A DNA stretch of 64,000 nt from Patescibacteria group bacterium (GCA_041645165.1 JBAZQN010000009.1:4674-68673); one strand, 5' to 3'. Counted from the stretch's first letter, positions 36,393-46,261 are shown. Notes: a model not told the origin generated them from the letters alone. Numbers and translations: made by a program.

Positions 36393-37163
36393 ATGGATAC
36401 AATTTCAATAATAATCCCCGCCTTTAACATGCAGCGTGCGCTTGCGCGCTGTAGTGTGCATGTTGCGGAACAAACTCTAAAACCCTCGGAGGTTATTATT
36501 GTTGACGACGGTTCAATCGATGGAACTGCCATATGGGCAGAAGAAGCAAGGCGTACATTACCCTTTGAGGTCAGCGTACTGACACAAGACCATCGGGGGG
36601 CATCAGCAGCCCGTAATTGTGGATTTAAACAATCTCACGGCACACTGGTCGTATTTCTTGATGCGGATGTGATATTGAAAAAACACGCGTTGGAAAGGTT
36701 GTATATATCGTTAAATCAAAAATCAAAAATCTCCGCCCAAGGCGGATCCGCCTCAGGCGGAAAAAATCAAAATTTAGGAGTAGGTTATGCCTACAGTTCA
36801 TTTAGATGGGGGCGGAAGAAGTTCCCTTCCTACCCTTTTGATGCAGCTCGCTTGCGCCAGATGCCCTATATCCATACTACCTCCCTGATAAAACGCGAAA
36901 CGCTCCCGGAGAATCCATTTGATGAACAATTAAAACGGCTGCAGGATTGGGATCTTTACCTCACGCTTCTTGAACGGGGTACCATAGGTGCCTATGTGCC
37001 GGAAATTCTATTTACCGTGGAAACAAAAGGCACCATGAGCCGTTGGTTGCCGTCCATCATGTACCAGATACCTTTTACCAAGTTTGGCATGAATATTTCG
37101 AGACTTAATAAGTACCGCGAAGCAGAACAAATTATTAAAACGAAACACAAGCTTAATAATTGA
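36393..37163 (+). CDS. family-2 glycosyltransferase carrying an in-frame 30-nt palindromic insertion
   Basis: IIVDDGSIDGT...FLDADV; the segment encoding SAQGGSASGG coincides with the repeat at 36732-36761. Confidence 0.75.
   Translation: MDTISIIIPAFNMQRALARCSVHVAEQTLKPSEVIIVDDGSIDGTAIWAEEARRTLPFEVSVLTQDHRGASAARNCGFKQSHGTLVVFLDADVILKKHALERLYISLNQKSKISAQGGSASGGKNQNLGVGYAYSSFRWGRKKFPSYPFDAARLRQMPYIHTTSLIKRETLPENPFDEQLKRLQDWDLYLTLLERGTIGAYVPEILFTVETKGTMSRWLPSIMYQIPFTKFGMNISRLNKYREAEQIIKTKHKLNN
36732..36761. repeat. 30-nt GGATCC-centred double-hairpin element, copy 1, inside the GT2 CDS and in-frame
   Basis: tccgcccaaggcggatccgcctcaggcgga flanked by aaaaatc / aaaaaatc; second copy at 47579-47608. 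Confidence 0.55.
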
Positions 37164-37211
37164 GCACGTGGCGAGATGCTGAATGTTAATACTTGATGAA
37201 ATTGTGTAATA

Positions 37212-38222
37212 ATGTATTCTATAGGTATGGGTAATCTAAAAAAGATGAAAAGAATTGCACACAGAACCGAGAAGGTTCTGTTATTCGTTCGTGAATTGTC
37301 TAGTATTTCAAAAAAGGATATTGCTCTTGCAGGTGGGAAGGGGGCAAGTTTGGGTGATTTGATGCGGGCGGGGCTGCCGGTACCCGCTGGATTCGTAGTG
37401 ACAGCAGCGGCATTTGATCGGTTTCTGGAAGAAAATGAATTGCTTGAAGATATCGATGCGCAATTAAGCAGAGTGAATTATAAAGATACGAATTCAATTG
37501 ATCGTGCATCAAATGTGATTCGTGCGCTTATCCTTGAGGCTCCGTTTCCTAAAGACCTGCGGCAGGAAGTTATAAAATTTTTTGGCACACTTAATACTTC
37601 CTTCGTGGCAGTGCGCAGCAGCGCGACTGCGGAGGATTCAAAGACGGCAAGCTGGGCAGGGGAGTTGGAGACTTATTTAAATACTATTGCAAAGACATTA
37701 TTTGCGAATATCCAAAAATGCTGGGCGTCGCTTTTTAGCCCACGAGCGATTTTTTACCGTCATGAGAAGCGATTGCACCGCGTGAAAGTGTCAGTTGCGG
37801 TTGTCGTGCAGGCGATGGTCGAGTCAGAGGTTGCCGGAATCGCATTTACGGTGCATCCGGTGACGAAAGACAAAAATCAAATGATTATAGAAGCAGGGTG
37901 GGGATTGGGGGAAGCGGTGGTGTCCGGCCAGATTACCCCTGATTCGTATGTGCTGCATAAAAAAGATTATTCAGTAATAGATCTCCATACTGCCAGACAA
38001 GAAAAAAAACTTGTACGCAATCAAAAAGGAAATGGCGACTGTTGGGTTTCTGTACCTAAAAAACTACGGACAAAGCAAAAGCTTACGACTGCACAAATAA
38101 AAACATTAGCGGAGCTCTGTATGCGCGTCGAGCGCCATGAGCGATTTCCTTGCGACATTGAGTGGGCATTAGTCCGTGGCAAGTTTTACCTGCTCCAGAG
38201 CAGACCTATCACAACCTTATGA
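37212..38222 (+). CDS. stand-alone PEP-utilising-enzyme N-terminal ATP-grasp domain protein (PPDK_N / PpsA N-domain only)
   Basis: ALAGGKGASLGDLMRAGLPVPAGFVV..; 336 aa and ends where the PpsA/PPDK mobile His domain would begin. Confidence 0.7.
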   Translation: MYSIGMGNLKKMKRIAHRTEKVLLFVRELSSISKKDIALAGGKGASLGDLMRAGLPVPAGFVVTAAAFDRFLEENELLEDIDAQLSRVNYKDTNSIDRASNVIRALILEAPFPKDLRQEVIKFFGTLNTSFVAVRSSATAEDSKTASWAGELETYLNTIAKTLFANIQKCWASLFSPRAIFYRHEKRLHRVKVSVAVVVQAMVESEVAGIAFTVHPVTKDKNQMIIEAGWGLGEAVVSGQITPDSYVLHKKDYSVIDLHTARQEKKLVRNQKGNGDCWVSVPKKLRTKQKLTTAQIKTLAELCMRVERHERFPCDIEWALVRGKFYLLQSRPITTL

Positions 38223-38224
38223 CT

Positions 38225-38530
38225 ATGCCCAGTTATACAACTTCCCATATGTTCTTTTATGTCTATGTACTACAAAGTATAAAGGATAATAATAAATACA
38301 TAGGGTATACGAATAACCTGAAAAGGAGACTGGAAGAACATAGGAAAGGCTTAAATTTTGCAACAAAGTTTAGACTACCATTTAAACTCATTTACTTCGA
38401 AGGATGTCTTAATATAAACGACGCCAAACGCCGTGAACATTATCTGAAAGGAACTCAAGGCCGGAGATTCCTAGGTCTGCGACTACAGGAATACACTCGC
38501 AGTAAACCAGCGTTTGGCGTGGGAAGTTGA
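38225..38530 (+). CDS. GIY-YIG nuclease-domain protein
   Basis: FYVYVLQS..KYIGYTNNLKRRLEEHRKG matches GIY-YIG; the start is uncertain (ATG at 38225 or 38249; the ORF-track GTG at 38162 overlaps the upstream gene). Confidence 0.65.
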   Translation: MPSYTTSHMFFYVYVLQSIKDNNKYIGYTNNLKRRLEEHRKGLNFATKFRLPFKLIYFEGCLNINDAKRREHYLKGTQGRRFLGLRLQEYTRSKPAFGVGS

Positions 38531-39419
38531 TATACTGGGTATGGATTTTTCAGTAATTATTGTAAGCTGGAATTCCAAAGAGTTTCTTGAGCGTTGTGTG
38601 AAGTCGGTGCAAAGGTGCGCCCAAGGCCTGTCATGTAAAATTATCGTGGTCGATAATGCGTCTACCGATGGGAGCGCGGATTTTGTGCGCGATACCTTCC
38701 CTATGGTGATTCTCGTACGCCTTCCTGCAAATACGGGCTTTGCGCACGCGTGCAATGTAGGCATTACACATGCGCAAGGGCGTTATATTTGTTTTTTAAA
38801 TCCTGATACGGAGTTACTAAATAGCGCACTTCAGCATTTAGTATCTTTTATGGATCAGCACCCAATAGCCGGAATCGCAGGGGGGATGCTGCAAAATGTT
38901 GATGGGAGCAGGCAGGTATCAGTCAGATCATTTCCCGCACCCCTCGTCGCGCTGGGGTTGGCGCTTAAAATTCCCCATATACCGGTGCTGCGTGCATTGT
39001 TCCGCACCTATTTTCAGGACGCCTTCAATTATGAAGTAAGCCAGCAGGTAGATCAGGTTATGGGAGCTTTTTTCATCGTGAGGAATTCCTTCTTAACCCA
39101 GGTGGGCGGATTTGATGAGCGTTTTTTTCTCTGGTTCGACGAGGTTGACCTTATGCGGCATGCACATGAGTTGGGGTGGCAGGTGTGGTATTATCCTCGC
39201 GCAAAAGCAATCCATTGGGGGGCGCAAAGCTTTTCCAAAGTTTCCTCCTATGAGAACCAGAAGCAATTTCTCATCAGCATGAAACGTTATATTGGCAAGT
39301 GGCATGGAAAGCACGCCGCGTTGCCGCTCATTATTTCGACTCCTCTTGTGTTATTTGTATATCGAATTTTTTTATTAATTTTATTTAAAATAAACAAGGC
39401 AAACGCCACAAATATATGA
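38514..39419 (+). CDS. family-2 glycosyltransferase
   Basis: IIVVDNASTDGS..FLNPDTE. Confidence 0.8.
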   Translation: MAWEVDILGMDFSVIIVSWNSKEFLERCVKSVQRCAQGLSCKIIVVDNASTDGSADFVRDTFPMVILVRLPANTGFAHACNVGITHAQGRYICFLNPDTELLNSALQHLVSFMDQHPIAGIAGGMLQNVDGSRQVSVRSFPAPLVALGLALKIPHIPVLRALFRTYFQDAFNYEVSQQVDQVMGAFFIVRNSFLTQVGGFDERFFLWFDEVDLMRHAHELGWQVWYYPRAKAIHWGAQSFSKVSSYENQKQFLISMKRYIGKWHGKHAALPLIISTPLVLFVYRIFLLILFKINKANATNI

Positions 39420-40885
39420 AGAAAGCCTTCGGTGCCGCCCTTCTATTTTTTTTATGTTCGTTTCTTAGTTGGCAATGGCCATTCCTCAATGGGATATTTG
39501 CCGGCATTATTACCATTTGCATCATATATTTATATTTAAAATATCCTGAGATTGCGTTCGGTCTTGTATTCGCCGAGCTGGCCATGGGAGGAAAAGGCTG
39601 GTGGCTGAGCTTACAATTTGGCGATACTATATTGCCTATCAGAATTCTCATTTTTACAGGAGTATTTTTGTCGTGGTTTGGCACTATCTTAATTCACTCT
39701 AGAAATAGCTCGTCGCCATTCGCCCTATTGAAAAATATACCTGCGGGGATCCGCAGTGTGCTTATTATATTGGGATTGAGTATAATATGGGGAGTCGGGT
39801 GGGGCTTGGTGAGAGGGAATGGGTTTGGGCCAGTTTTTTTTGACGCGAACGCGTGGATATATTTAATTATTCTATTCCCGTTGTTGTCCATCGTTGATCA
39901 AGGGAAAGGAAATATTTTTTTAAATCGTACCGTAACGTATGTGCTCGGGGCAGGCCTTGCAAATGCGCTGCTCACACTCATATTTTTTCATGTATTTGCG
40001 CATCAATATGTATTTACCCACACTATTTACTTATGGATTCGGGACATGCAGTTTGGCGAGATTACTTTTATTCGCCCTGGCGCATGGCGTGTTTTCCTTC
40101 AAAGCCAGGTATGGCTGCTCTTTGTGGCGGCGTGGTTCTTTCTCACGAGTATCGCTAAATCTCAACAGAATAAAATTGCTCATATTGCTTTATTATCAGT
40201 CACTCTTTCAGCGCTTTTCATCAGCTTCAGCAGGAGTAATTGGATTGGACTTATTGCAGTAGGTATAACCGGAGTCACATTGACGTTGTATCATCACGCT
40301 GCGCCTGTAAAACGCATCCTTGCAGTGACTGCGGGAGGAATACTGGGAGCCATGCTCCTTATGATTGCATTTCAGCGCATTCCGCCGATTCCCGCAGGAG
40401 GGATCCCTCTGCGTGAACGATTAGCGATAGAAGCAGCGGGATCAAGCAGGATGAACCAATTAAGCCCGTTAATGAAGGCAATAGCCAAACATCCTGTCAT
40501 CGGCTCTGGATTCGGTACAGCCCTCACCTACATCAGCGCAGATCCGCGGATCGTCGCACGCTCGCCGGGGGGGAGCGGCATGTATACCACAAGCGCATTT
40601 GAGTGGGGCTTTTTAGACATTTGGTTAAAAATAGGACTTGTGGGATTGGCGGGTTATTTGTGGCTTATTGCGGTAATCGGGAAAAATTTATGGGATATGA
40701 TGGAACAGACAGAAATTCCCACGCTCGCGGCAGCACTATTGTTAGCATTGGTTGGCATAAGTACTGTTAATATCACCAGCCCGTACCTGAATCATCCGTT
40801 GGGGATCGGGTTGGTGTTATTGTGTATTTGCGTTATAGTATTAAAGCAACAAGACCTGCAGCCACAGAGTGGTGCAGGCCTTTGA
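39416..40885 (+). CDS. polytopic membrane protein, O-antigen ligase/Wzy-like (tentative)
   Basis: At least 10 TM segments with a loop of the kind found in O-antigen polymerase/ligase families, embedded in a GT locus; family assignment not verified. Confidence 0.45.
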   Translation: MKKAFGAALLFFLCSFLSWQWPFLNGIFAGIITICIIYLYLKYPEIAFGLVFAELAMGGKGWWLSLQFGDTILPIRILIFTGVFLSWFGTILIHSRNSSSPFALLKNIPAGIRSVLIILGLSIIWGVGWGLVRGNGFGPVFFDANAWIYLIILFPLLSIVDQGKGNIFLNRTVTYVLGAGLANALLTLIFFHVFAHQYVFTHTIYLWIRDMQFGEITFIRPGAWRVFLQSQVWLLFVAAWFFLTSIAKSQQNKIAHIALLSVTLSALFISFSRSNWIGLIAVGITGVTLTLYHHAAPVKRILAVTAGGILGAMLLMIAFQRIPPIPAGGIPLRERLAIEAAGSSRMNQLSPLMKAIAKHPVIGSGFGTALTYISADPRIVARSPGGSGMYTTSAFEWGFLDIWLKIGLVGLAGYLWLIAVIGKNLWDMMEQTEIPTLAAALLLALVGISTVNITSPYLNHPLGIGLVLLCICVIVLKQQDLQPQSGAGL

Positions 40886-40900
40886 TGTTCAGCTTTTGGT

Positions 40901-41113
40901 TTAGCTGATTTCCCAACGTACCATCATGCTGTGTATTAACACGTCCCACAGGCAAAACACACCTGCGAACACCAACCCAATGTTTTCAAGCACGGGATAA
41001 CTAAATATATCTCTCCCGGCGTAAAAACACGCTCCTGCAGATATGATGGCGATAAAAATGTGAATGGTATTACCCAGAACTCTTTTTTCGCTCCCGCGTG
41101 ACATTCGTATCAC
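40901..41113 (-). CDS. small 2-TM membrane protein
   Basis: 70-aa minus-strand ORF with two hydrophobic helices, sitting between GT genes; may be spurious. Confidence 0.3.
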   Translation of the reverse strand: MIRMSRGSEKRVLGNTIHIFIAIISAGACFYAGRDIFSYPVLENIGLVFAGVFCLWDVLIHSMMVRWEIS

Positions 41114-41204
41114 CTCCTTTAATCGCTAGAGTTAACAGTTTTAGATTTTAAAATAGGTTTAACGTTGTAAAATAGCAGAAGAAGAAGAAGTCAAGAGGGG
41201 AGGT

Positions 41205-41372
41205 AATGTCCCAATTTCCAATCTCCAATATCAAATTAATGTCCAATGCCCAACGAATGATTAAATGCCTGAATGGCCAGTTTGATGTTTTATGAATTGG
41301 GTTTTCAGCCGAAGGCTGGTCCGCCTCTGGCGTGATATTGGAAATTGGTCATTGGGGTTTGGGATTTTTCAC
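41205..41372. repeat. CCAAT/ATTGG long inverted repeat upstream of the GT2 gene
   Basis: Left arm gtcccaatttccaatctccaatatcaaattaatgtccaatgcccaa (41209-41254); right arm ttggtcattggggtttgggattt (41345-41367). Confidence 0.45.
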
Positions 41373-41379
41373 CTTAAAT

Positions 41380-42357
41380 ATGCCCAAAGTTTCTGTCCAT
41401 ATTGTCACGCATAATTCGCAGCCTTTTTTGGAATCAGTGTTGCTGTCGCTTGAACATCAGACCTTTAGTGACTGGTCCGTGCTTTTGGTGGATAACGCAT
41501 CAAGCGATGGTACCTTGAGCTATCTTGCGGAACGTTGGCCGCAGTACAGGATTGTGCGGAATCGGGAGAATGCCGGGTATGCGCGGGCGCATAACCAAGC
41601 GATCCACTTTACCGAGAGTGATTATGTGCTCACGCTCAATCCCGATGTGATTCTGCATGAGTGGTATCTCGCGCGGGTGGTTGAGGCATTGGATCAAAAC
41701 CAGCACGCAGGGAGCGCCACTGGCAAAATTTTGCGCGCGCAAGGGAATCCCGGCGAATTAGGGAACAGCACCTTTTCCCGCACGCTTGACAGTACCGGTA
41801 TTCTCATTGACCGCAGGCGTTGGTTTCGTGATCGTGGGGCAGGGGAGGAGGATCGCGCACAGTACGATTCGAGTACAGAAATTTTCGGCCCTAGCGGCGC
41901 GGCGGCGCTTTATCGCCGAAAGGCGCTTGAGAGCACCGCATATCGCGAAAAAGAAAGAGTGGAATATTTTGACGAGCTGTTCCACTCCTATAAGGAAGAT
42001 GTTGACCTTGCATGGCGATTGCAGCGCCGAGGCTGGCGCGCGCTCTTTGTGCCGCGCGCACGCGCATACCACTATCGCCGCGCAGGCACGACAGGCACAG
42101 ATTTGAGGACTATTTGGCATGAGCACGCATCCCGCACTGCACGCATTACTTTTCTCTCTTACCGCAACCATATATTTTTACTTGTTAAAAATGAACGTTG
42201 GCTCAAGAACTGGAAAGAGCTGCCATGGCTTTTATCATGGGAATTTGGTAAGATAGGATATCTTCTTTGTACGCATCCTATTATACTTTTTCGTGCGTGG
42301 CTGGATGTTATGAAGAATTGGCGGGTCCTTATAGACAGGAGAAAATATCTCAAATGA
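41380..42357 (+). CDS. family-2 glycosyltransferase
   Basis: LLVDNASSDGT..LNPDV; start moved to the ATG after the hairpin arm. Confidence 0.8.
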   Translation: MPKVSVHIVTHNSQPFLESVLLSLEHQTFSDWSVLLVDNASSDGTLSYLAERWPQYRIVRNRENAGYARAHNQAIHFTESDYVLTLNPDVILHEWYLARVVEALDQNQHAGSATGKILRAQGNPGELGNSTFSRTLDSTGILIDRRRWFRDRGAGEEDRAQYDSSTEIFGPSGAAALYRRKALESTAYREKERVEYFDELFHSYKEDVDLAWRLQRRGWRALFVPRARAYHYRRAGTTGTDLRTIWHEHASRTARITFLSYRNHIFLLVKNERWLKNWKELPWLLSWEFGKIGYLLCTHPIILFRAWLDVMKNWRVLIDRRKYLK

Positions 42358-42370
42358 TAGTTGAGCAAAT

Positions 42371-43189
42371 ATGTATCTTTCCATAATTATCTTGAACTAT
42401 AAAAAAATCAATCTGGTGCGGCAGCAACTCCGTTCATTAGACGAGCTCCATCTGCCATTTTCTTATGAAACAATTGTGGTTGATAATGCGTCAGGCGATC
42501 GTATAGAGACGCTTTCAAAAGAGTTTCCCAACGTTCTGGCATTGCCGCTTACATGGAATTGCGGAATGGGCGCAGGGAATAATACCGGCCTGAAACGCGC
42601 GCAAGGAGAATATGTGCTGATCCTTAACCCTGATGTCATCCTGTTGCCGCGCGCGATTGAAACGCTCTGCGAATACCTTTCAAAGTCACCGCGGGTCGGT
42701 ATGGCAGGACCAAAATTGCTAAACCCTGACCAGACTCTCCAATACAGCTGTTTCCGTTTTCCGCGCTGGTATACCCCTTTTTTTCGAAGAACAAAACTGT
42801 CGCATTTCAGCGCTGGCAAAAGTGAACTGGACCGTTTCTTAATGCGCGAATGGGATCATAATGATATCCGCTCCGTCGAATGGCTGCAGGGTTCTGCGTT
42901 TCTTGTGCGGCGCAATGCGCTCGAGGAGGTTGGTTTATTTGATGAGCGATTTTTTCTTTTTTTTGAAGATACGGACTGGTGCCGGCGTTTTTGGCAGAAG
43001 CATTGGGAGGTGGCGTATGTGCCAGATGCGGTTATGGTCCACTATCCGCAGCGACTTTCATCGTTTGACGGGATCTGGACTTTTTTTAACCGGCTCACCT
43101 GGATCCATATATCCTCATGGGTCAAATATTTTTGGAAGTGGAGAAACCAGAGGTTAAATCCCAATGACCAATTCCCAATGACCAATTAG
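42371..43189 (+). CDS. family-2 glycosyltransferase
   Basis: IVVDNASGD..LNPDV; its 3' end overlaps the first CCAAT-repeat arm. Confidence 0.8.
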   Translation: MYLSIIILNYKKINLVRQQLRSLDELHLPFSYETIVVDNASGDRIETLSKEFPNVLALPLTWNCGMGAGNNTGLKRAQGEYVLILNPDVILLPRAIETLCEYLSKSPRVGMAGPKLLNPDQTLQYSCFRFPRWYTPFFRRTKLSHFSAGKSELDRFLMREWDHNDIRSVEWLQGSAFLVRRNALEEVGLFDERFFLFFEDTDWCRRFWQKHWEVAYVPDAVMVHYPQRLSSFDGIWTFFNRLTWIHISSWVKYFWKWRNQRLNPNDQFPMTN

Positions 43190-43245
43190 TGACGCGGATT
43201 CGTATATTGCGAAGTTTGGGATTTGGAATTTGTAATTTGGAATTT
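43156..43245. repeat. CCAAT/ATTGG long inverted repeat
   Basis: aaatcccaatgaccaattcccaatgaccaatt (43156-43187) faces tttgggatttggaatttgtaatttggaattt (43215-43245). Confidence 0.55.
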
Positions 43246-43255
43246 ATCATGTGAT

Positions 43256-45205
43256 ATGCCTATTTCCGCCTTAAAAATTTCAAGCTCTCATGAATTCGAA
43301 GGAGCGCATCCACATGAGTCTAAAAGTGAAGAAAAATCGGATAAGCGCCATCCCTTGAGGGTTGTCGCGGGCGCGTTCTTTATCATATTCATATTATTAT
43401 GCATACTTATCGCCGTCGTGGCGGCCCCTTTTTATTCCCTCTGGAAGCAGAGGGGCGCGCTCCCTGCATCGGCGTATGCATTTAAGGAAAGTATTGCGTA
43501 TGAACCGATTGGCGAAGTTTTAACCCGCTATGCAGATTTTCGGAATAATATGGAAGTGTCACGCGCTTCATATGAGAAGATTTCCGGGCGAATACCTTTT
43601 GTATTTAAAGATCAAAAGAACAAGCTGAATGATACATTCCAGTATGCATCTCAAGCGATGGTAGATTTAGAGCCTCTTTTACCGCAGATGATAGAAGTGC
43701 GGGATGCGCTCGGGAAGAACACCTTTTTTGATTTGCCAGCGGAGTCACGCCTTCAGCTTACCCGCCGTTTGGGTGAAATTTCACCTAAACTTCAGACGAT
43801 AACCCGCGATGTTTCTCTTTTTACCGATGCGTATGGGGAGCTGCCGCAGACCGTACGCACCTATGTATTTCCACAATTGCCATCCCCTGAAGCGCTGCGG
43901 TCATTGAGGGACGGTGCGCTGTTTGTCGCAAATATTTCAGCGTTGATACCGTATCTGCCTCTGGAGGGACAGCGGTATCTCATTCTCTTGCAAAATTCAA
44001 CGGAACTGAAACCAACAGGAGGTTTCATTGGCACGTATGCGGTTGCCACCATTCTTCACGGGAAGCTGGTTGAATTTGAGAGTGATGATGTATATAACTT
44101 TGATATAAGAGGGAGGGACGGCCTTCCTCCTCCTCCGCCGCAGCCCATAAGGACTTATGCGGGCCAAGATGCTACCTATTTGCGTAATATCAACTGGTCG
44201 CCTGATTTCCCTACCACCGCGCGTGCCATTCTGGAATACTGGAAAGCAAAGGGCAGTGCACAGTCTTTGAGCGGCGTGATCGCCCTGACTCCAGAAGCAA
44301 TCACGCCCATGCTTGAAATTTTAGGTCCCTTAAATGTATATGAAAGGATGGTGACCAGCGAAAATCTCGTGTCAGTGCTTGAGGAAGAAGTTGAAATGGA
44401 ATATTGGAAGCGGGGGATTGAGAAGTCGCGCAGAAAAGATTTGGTTGGGCTCTTGGGCCGCGTGCTAATAGACCGCATAAGCAACACTGAGAACGCAACG
44501 CTTTTTGAGATCGCTGCAAATCTTACGCGCTCGTTCGCCACAAAAGACATCCAGGCATATTATTCCCAAGCGCAGGCACAGGATTCATTACGCGAAAGCG
44601 GATGGGCAGGCGCAGTGCCGCCACCGGGAGACAATGACGTAGTGTTTGTCGTGGACGCCAATATGGAGGCGTTAAAAACAGATGCAGTCATCAAGCGGAC
44701 TATTTCCTATTCATTGGATGCGACGAAATCGGGTGTACCGCCGCTTGCCACGCTTTCCATTACCTATGACCATCAAGGAAAGCCTGACTGGAAAACATCG
44801 CGCTACCGCACGTACACGCGCATCTATACGAACCAAGGGGCTATCAGGTCCGTGGATGGCAATGTTGATGAGCAGGGGAAGCAAACGCCTTTGGATGTCA
44901 CTGAAGAGCTTGGATATGTGATATTTGGCACGTTCACTACGGTGGAACCTAGCACCTCACGCACGCTCACGTTCAAATACTCGCTCAATAATTCTGCGCT
45001 AATTAAAAAACTCTCAAAAGGAGCCTATACCCTCCATGCCGAACGCCAAGCCGGCAGCGGCACGCCAACCCTCAACCTTAATTTCCATTTTCCAAAATCT
45101 ATTATACTTCAGGATAAAATTCTCCAGTCAAAATCAAAAAAATCAGATGAGTTTACTTATTCATACCCTCTTACCCAATCAAGAACCTTTTTCGGCAGTG
45201 AATAA
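43256..45205 (+). CDS. large membrane-anchored extracytoplasmic protein, DUF4012-like (tentative)
   Basis: N-terminal TM helix; central segment LLQNSTELKPTGGFIGTYAV...; family recalled from memory, not verified; the ORF-track TTG start at 43223 was replaced by the ATG at 43256. Confidence 0.45.
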   Translation: MPISALKISSSHEFEGAHPHESKSEEKSDKRHPLRVVAGAFFIIFILLCILIAVVAAPFYSLWKQRGALPASAYAFKESIAYEPIGEVLTRYADFRNNMEVSRASYEKISGRIPFVFKDQKNKLNDTFQYASQAMVDLEPLLPQMIEVRDALGKNTFFDLPAESRLQLTRRLGEISPKLQTITRDVSLFTDAYGELPQTVRTYVFPQLPSPEALRSLRDGALFVANISALIPYLPLEGQRYLILLQNSTELKPTGGFIGTYAVATILHGKLVEFESDDVYNFDIRGRDGLPPPPPQPIRTYAGQDATYLRNINWSPDFPTTARAILEYWKAKGSAQSLSGVIALTPEAITPMLEILGPLNVYERMVTSENLVSVLEEEVEMEYWKRGIEKSRRKDLVGLLGRVLIDRISNTENATLFEIAANLTRSFATKDIQAYYSQAQAQDSLRESGWAGAVPPPGDNDVVFVVDANMEALKTDAVIKRTISYSLDATKSGVPPLATLSITYDHQGKPDWKTSRYRTYTRIYTNQGAIRSVDGNVDEQGKQTPLDVTEELGYVIFGTFTTVEPSTSRTLTFKYSLNNSALIKKLSKGAYTLHAERQAGSGTPTLNLNFHFPKSIILQDKILQSKSKKSDEFTYSYPLTQSRTFFGSE

Positions 45206-45334
45206 ATTTAGTCACAATTAAGTGTCTAAATTGATAGAAGATATAGTTATTAATAACCTCTCACGGGCATACCGTTGAGGTTTTGTTATTATACATTCTG
45301 TAAAACAAGAATAATTATTAAAAGATACCTGTAC

Positions 45335-45362
45335 CTATATACAGCGATCGTTGCTAATAGGG
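45335..45362. repeat. 28-bp imperfect palindrome, copy 1, 49 nt upstream of the PaaX-like gene
   Basis: cctatatacagcgatcgttgctaatagg; second copy cctatataccacgatcgctgctaatagg at 45984-46011 (3 mismatches). Confidence 0.55.
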
Positions 45363-45410
45363 AGGGATATGATATACTCTTTTTATACTTTTATCCATTA
45401 AGAAGTAAAT

Positions 45411-45959
45411 ATGAGTTTGCGCACTAAGGAGTCTCTCACAGAACGTGTACTTTCTAAACTCACTGAGCTTGAGCCGATTTTTAGTATGTCATCAGGCGCG
45501 GCGTATGAGCTTTTCGGTTTTAATGATCTTAGAAAAATGAGACGGTGGGACCGCTATAAGCGCGAAAAGGCAAAACGTGAACAAGATCGCATTAAGAAAG
45601 CGTTTAGGAATCTGGTAAATGCAGATCTTGTGACTTTGATAAAAGGAAAAGAGGGTAAGTACCGCCTTACCCCAAAAGGATGGCTTAAATATGCGTATAC
45701 CTACTCACAGCATTTCAAAACATCAAATGCTCCTCAAGGTAAGCAAGGTGGCTACATCCTTATTTTCGATATACCCGAACAATATCGGCATTTCCGCGAT
45801 ACCTTTCGTAACGTGCTCTATTCGCTTGGATTCAGCCAGTTGCAAAAGAGTGTTTTCTTTACCCAAGACAAGAAAGCGTTCGAATTCGCAGGCAGAATTG
45901 TAGTGAATTGTGAATTAGAAGAGAGGGTAAAATTTGTAGTTGCGGATAAGATATTCTAG
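45411..45959 (+). CDS. PaaX-like protein (winged-helix N-domain plus PaaX_C/Cas2-like-fold C-domain), putative transcriptional regulator
   Basis: Wing-like KGKEGKYRLTPKGW; C-terminal GGYILIFDIPEQYRHFRDTFRNVLYSLGFSQLQKSVFF resembles PaaX_C/Cas2. Confidence 0.45.
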   Translation: MSLRTKESLTERVLSKLTELEPIFSMSSGAAYELFGFNDLRKMRRWDRYKREKAKREQDRIKKAFRNLVNADLVTLIKGKEGKYRLTPKGWLKYAYTYSQHFKTSNAPQGKQGGYILIFDIPEQYRHFRDTFRNVLYSLGFSQLQKSVFFTQDKKAFEFAGRIVVNCELEERVKFVVADKIF

Positions 45960-45983
45960 CGAAAAAGTGTATTTGTATCTATG

Positions 45984-46011
45984 CCTATATACCACGATCG
46001 CTGCTAATAGG
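45984..46011. repeat. 28-bp imperfect palindrome, copy 2, 25 nt downstream of the PaaX-like gene
   Basis: See copy 1 at 45335-45362. Confidence 0.55.
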
Positions 46012-46261
46012 CACTGATTCAAATTAAGGAATGGAGAGAAATAACAAGATGGAAGATGGATGGAAGATAGAAAGAAGAAAATTGAAGGTTTCTGTTTTTT
46101 GTGAGGTGAAAGAAAAAGTATCGTAGGGGGAAAAGTGTATAATAGTTCAATAAAAAGCAAAAACCGCGAATGATTATACGAGTGGAATATCGTACATCAC
46201 TGCGGCTTTTTTGATGTCAGTCGTGAGGTGCGGTTGGTGGGTGATTTAGGGAGGGTAATTC

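Noticed and set aside
45335-46011. CRISPR-like interpretation of the 28-bp direct repeats next to a Cas2-fold protein
   Set aside because: There are only two copies, about 650 bp apart, flanking a gene. They are imperfect palindromes without regular short spacers, and no cas1 or other cas genes are present. An operator or cassette boundary is more likely.
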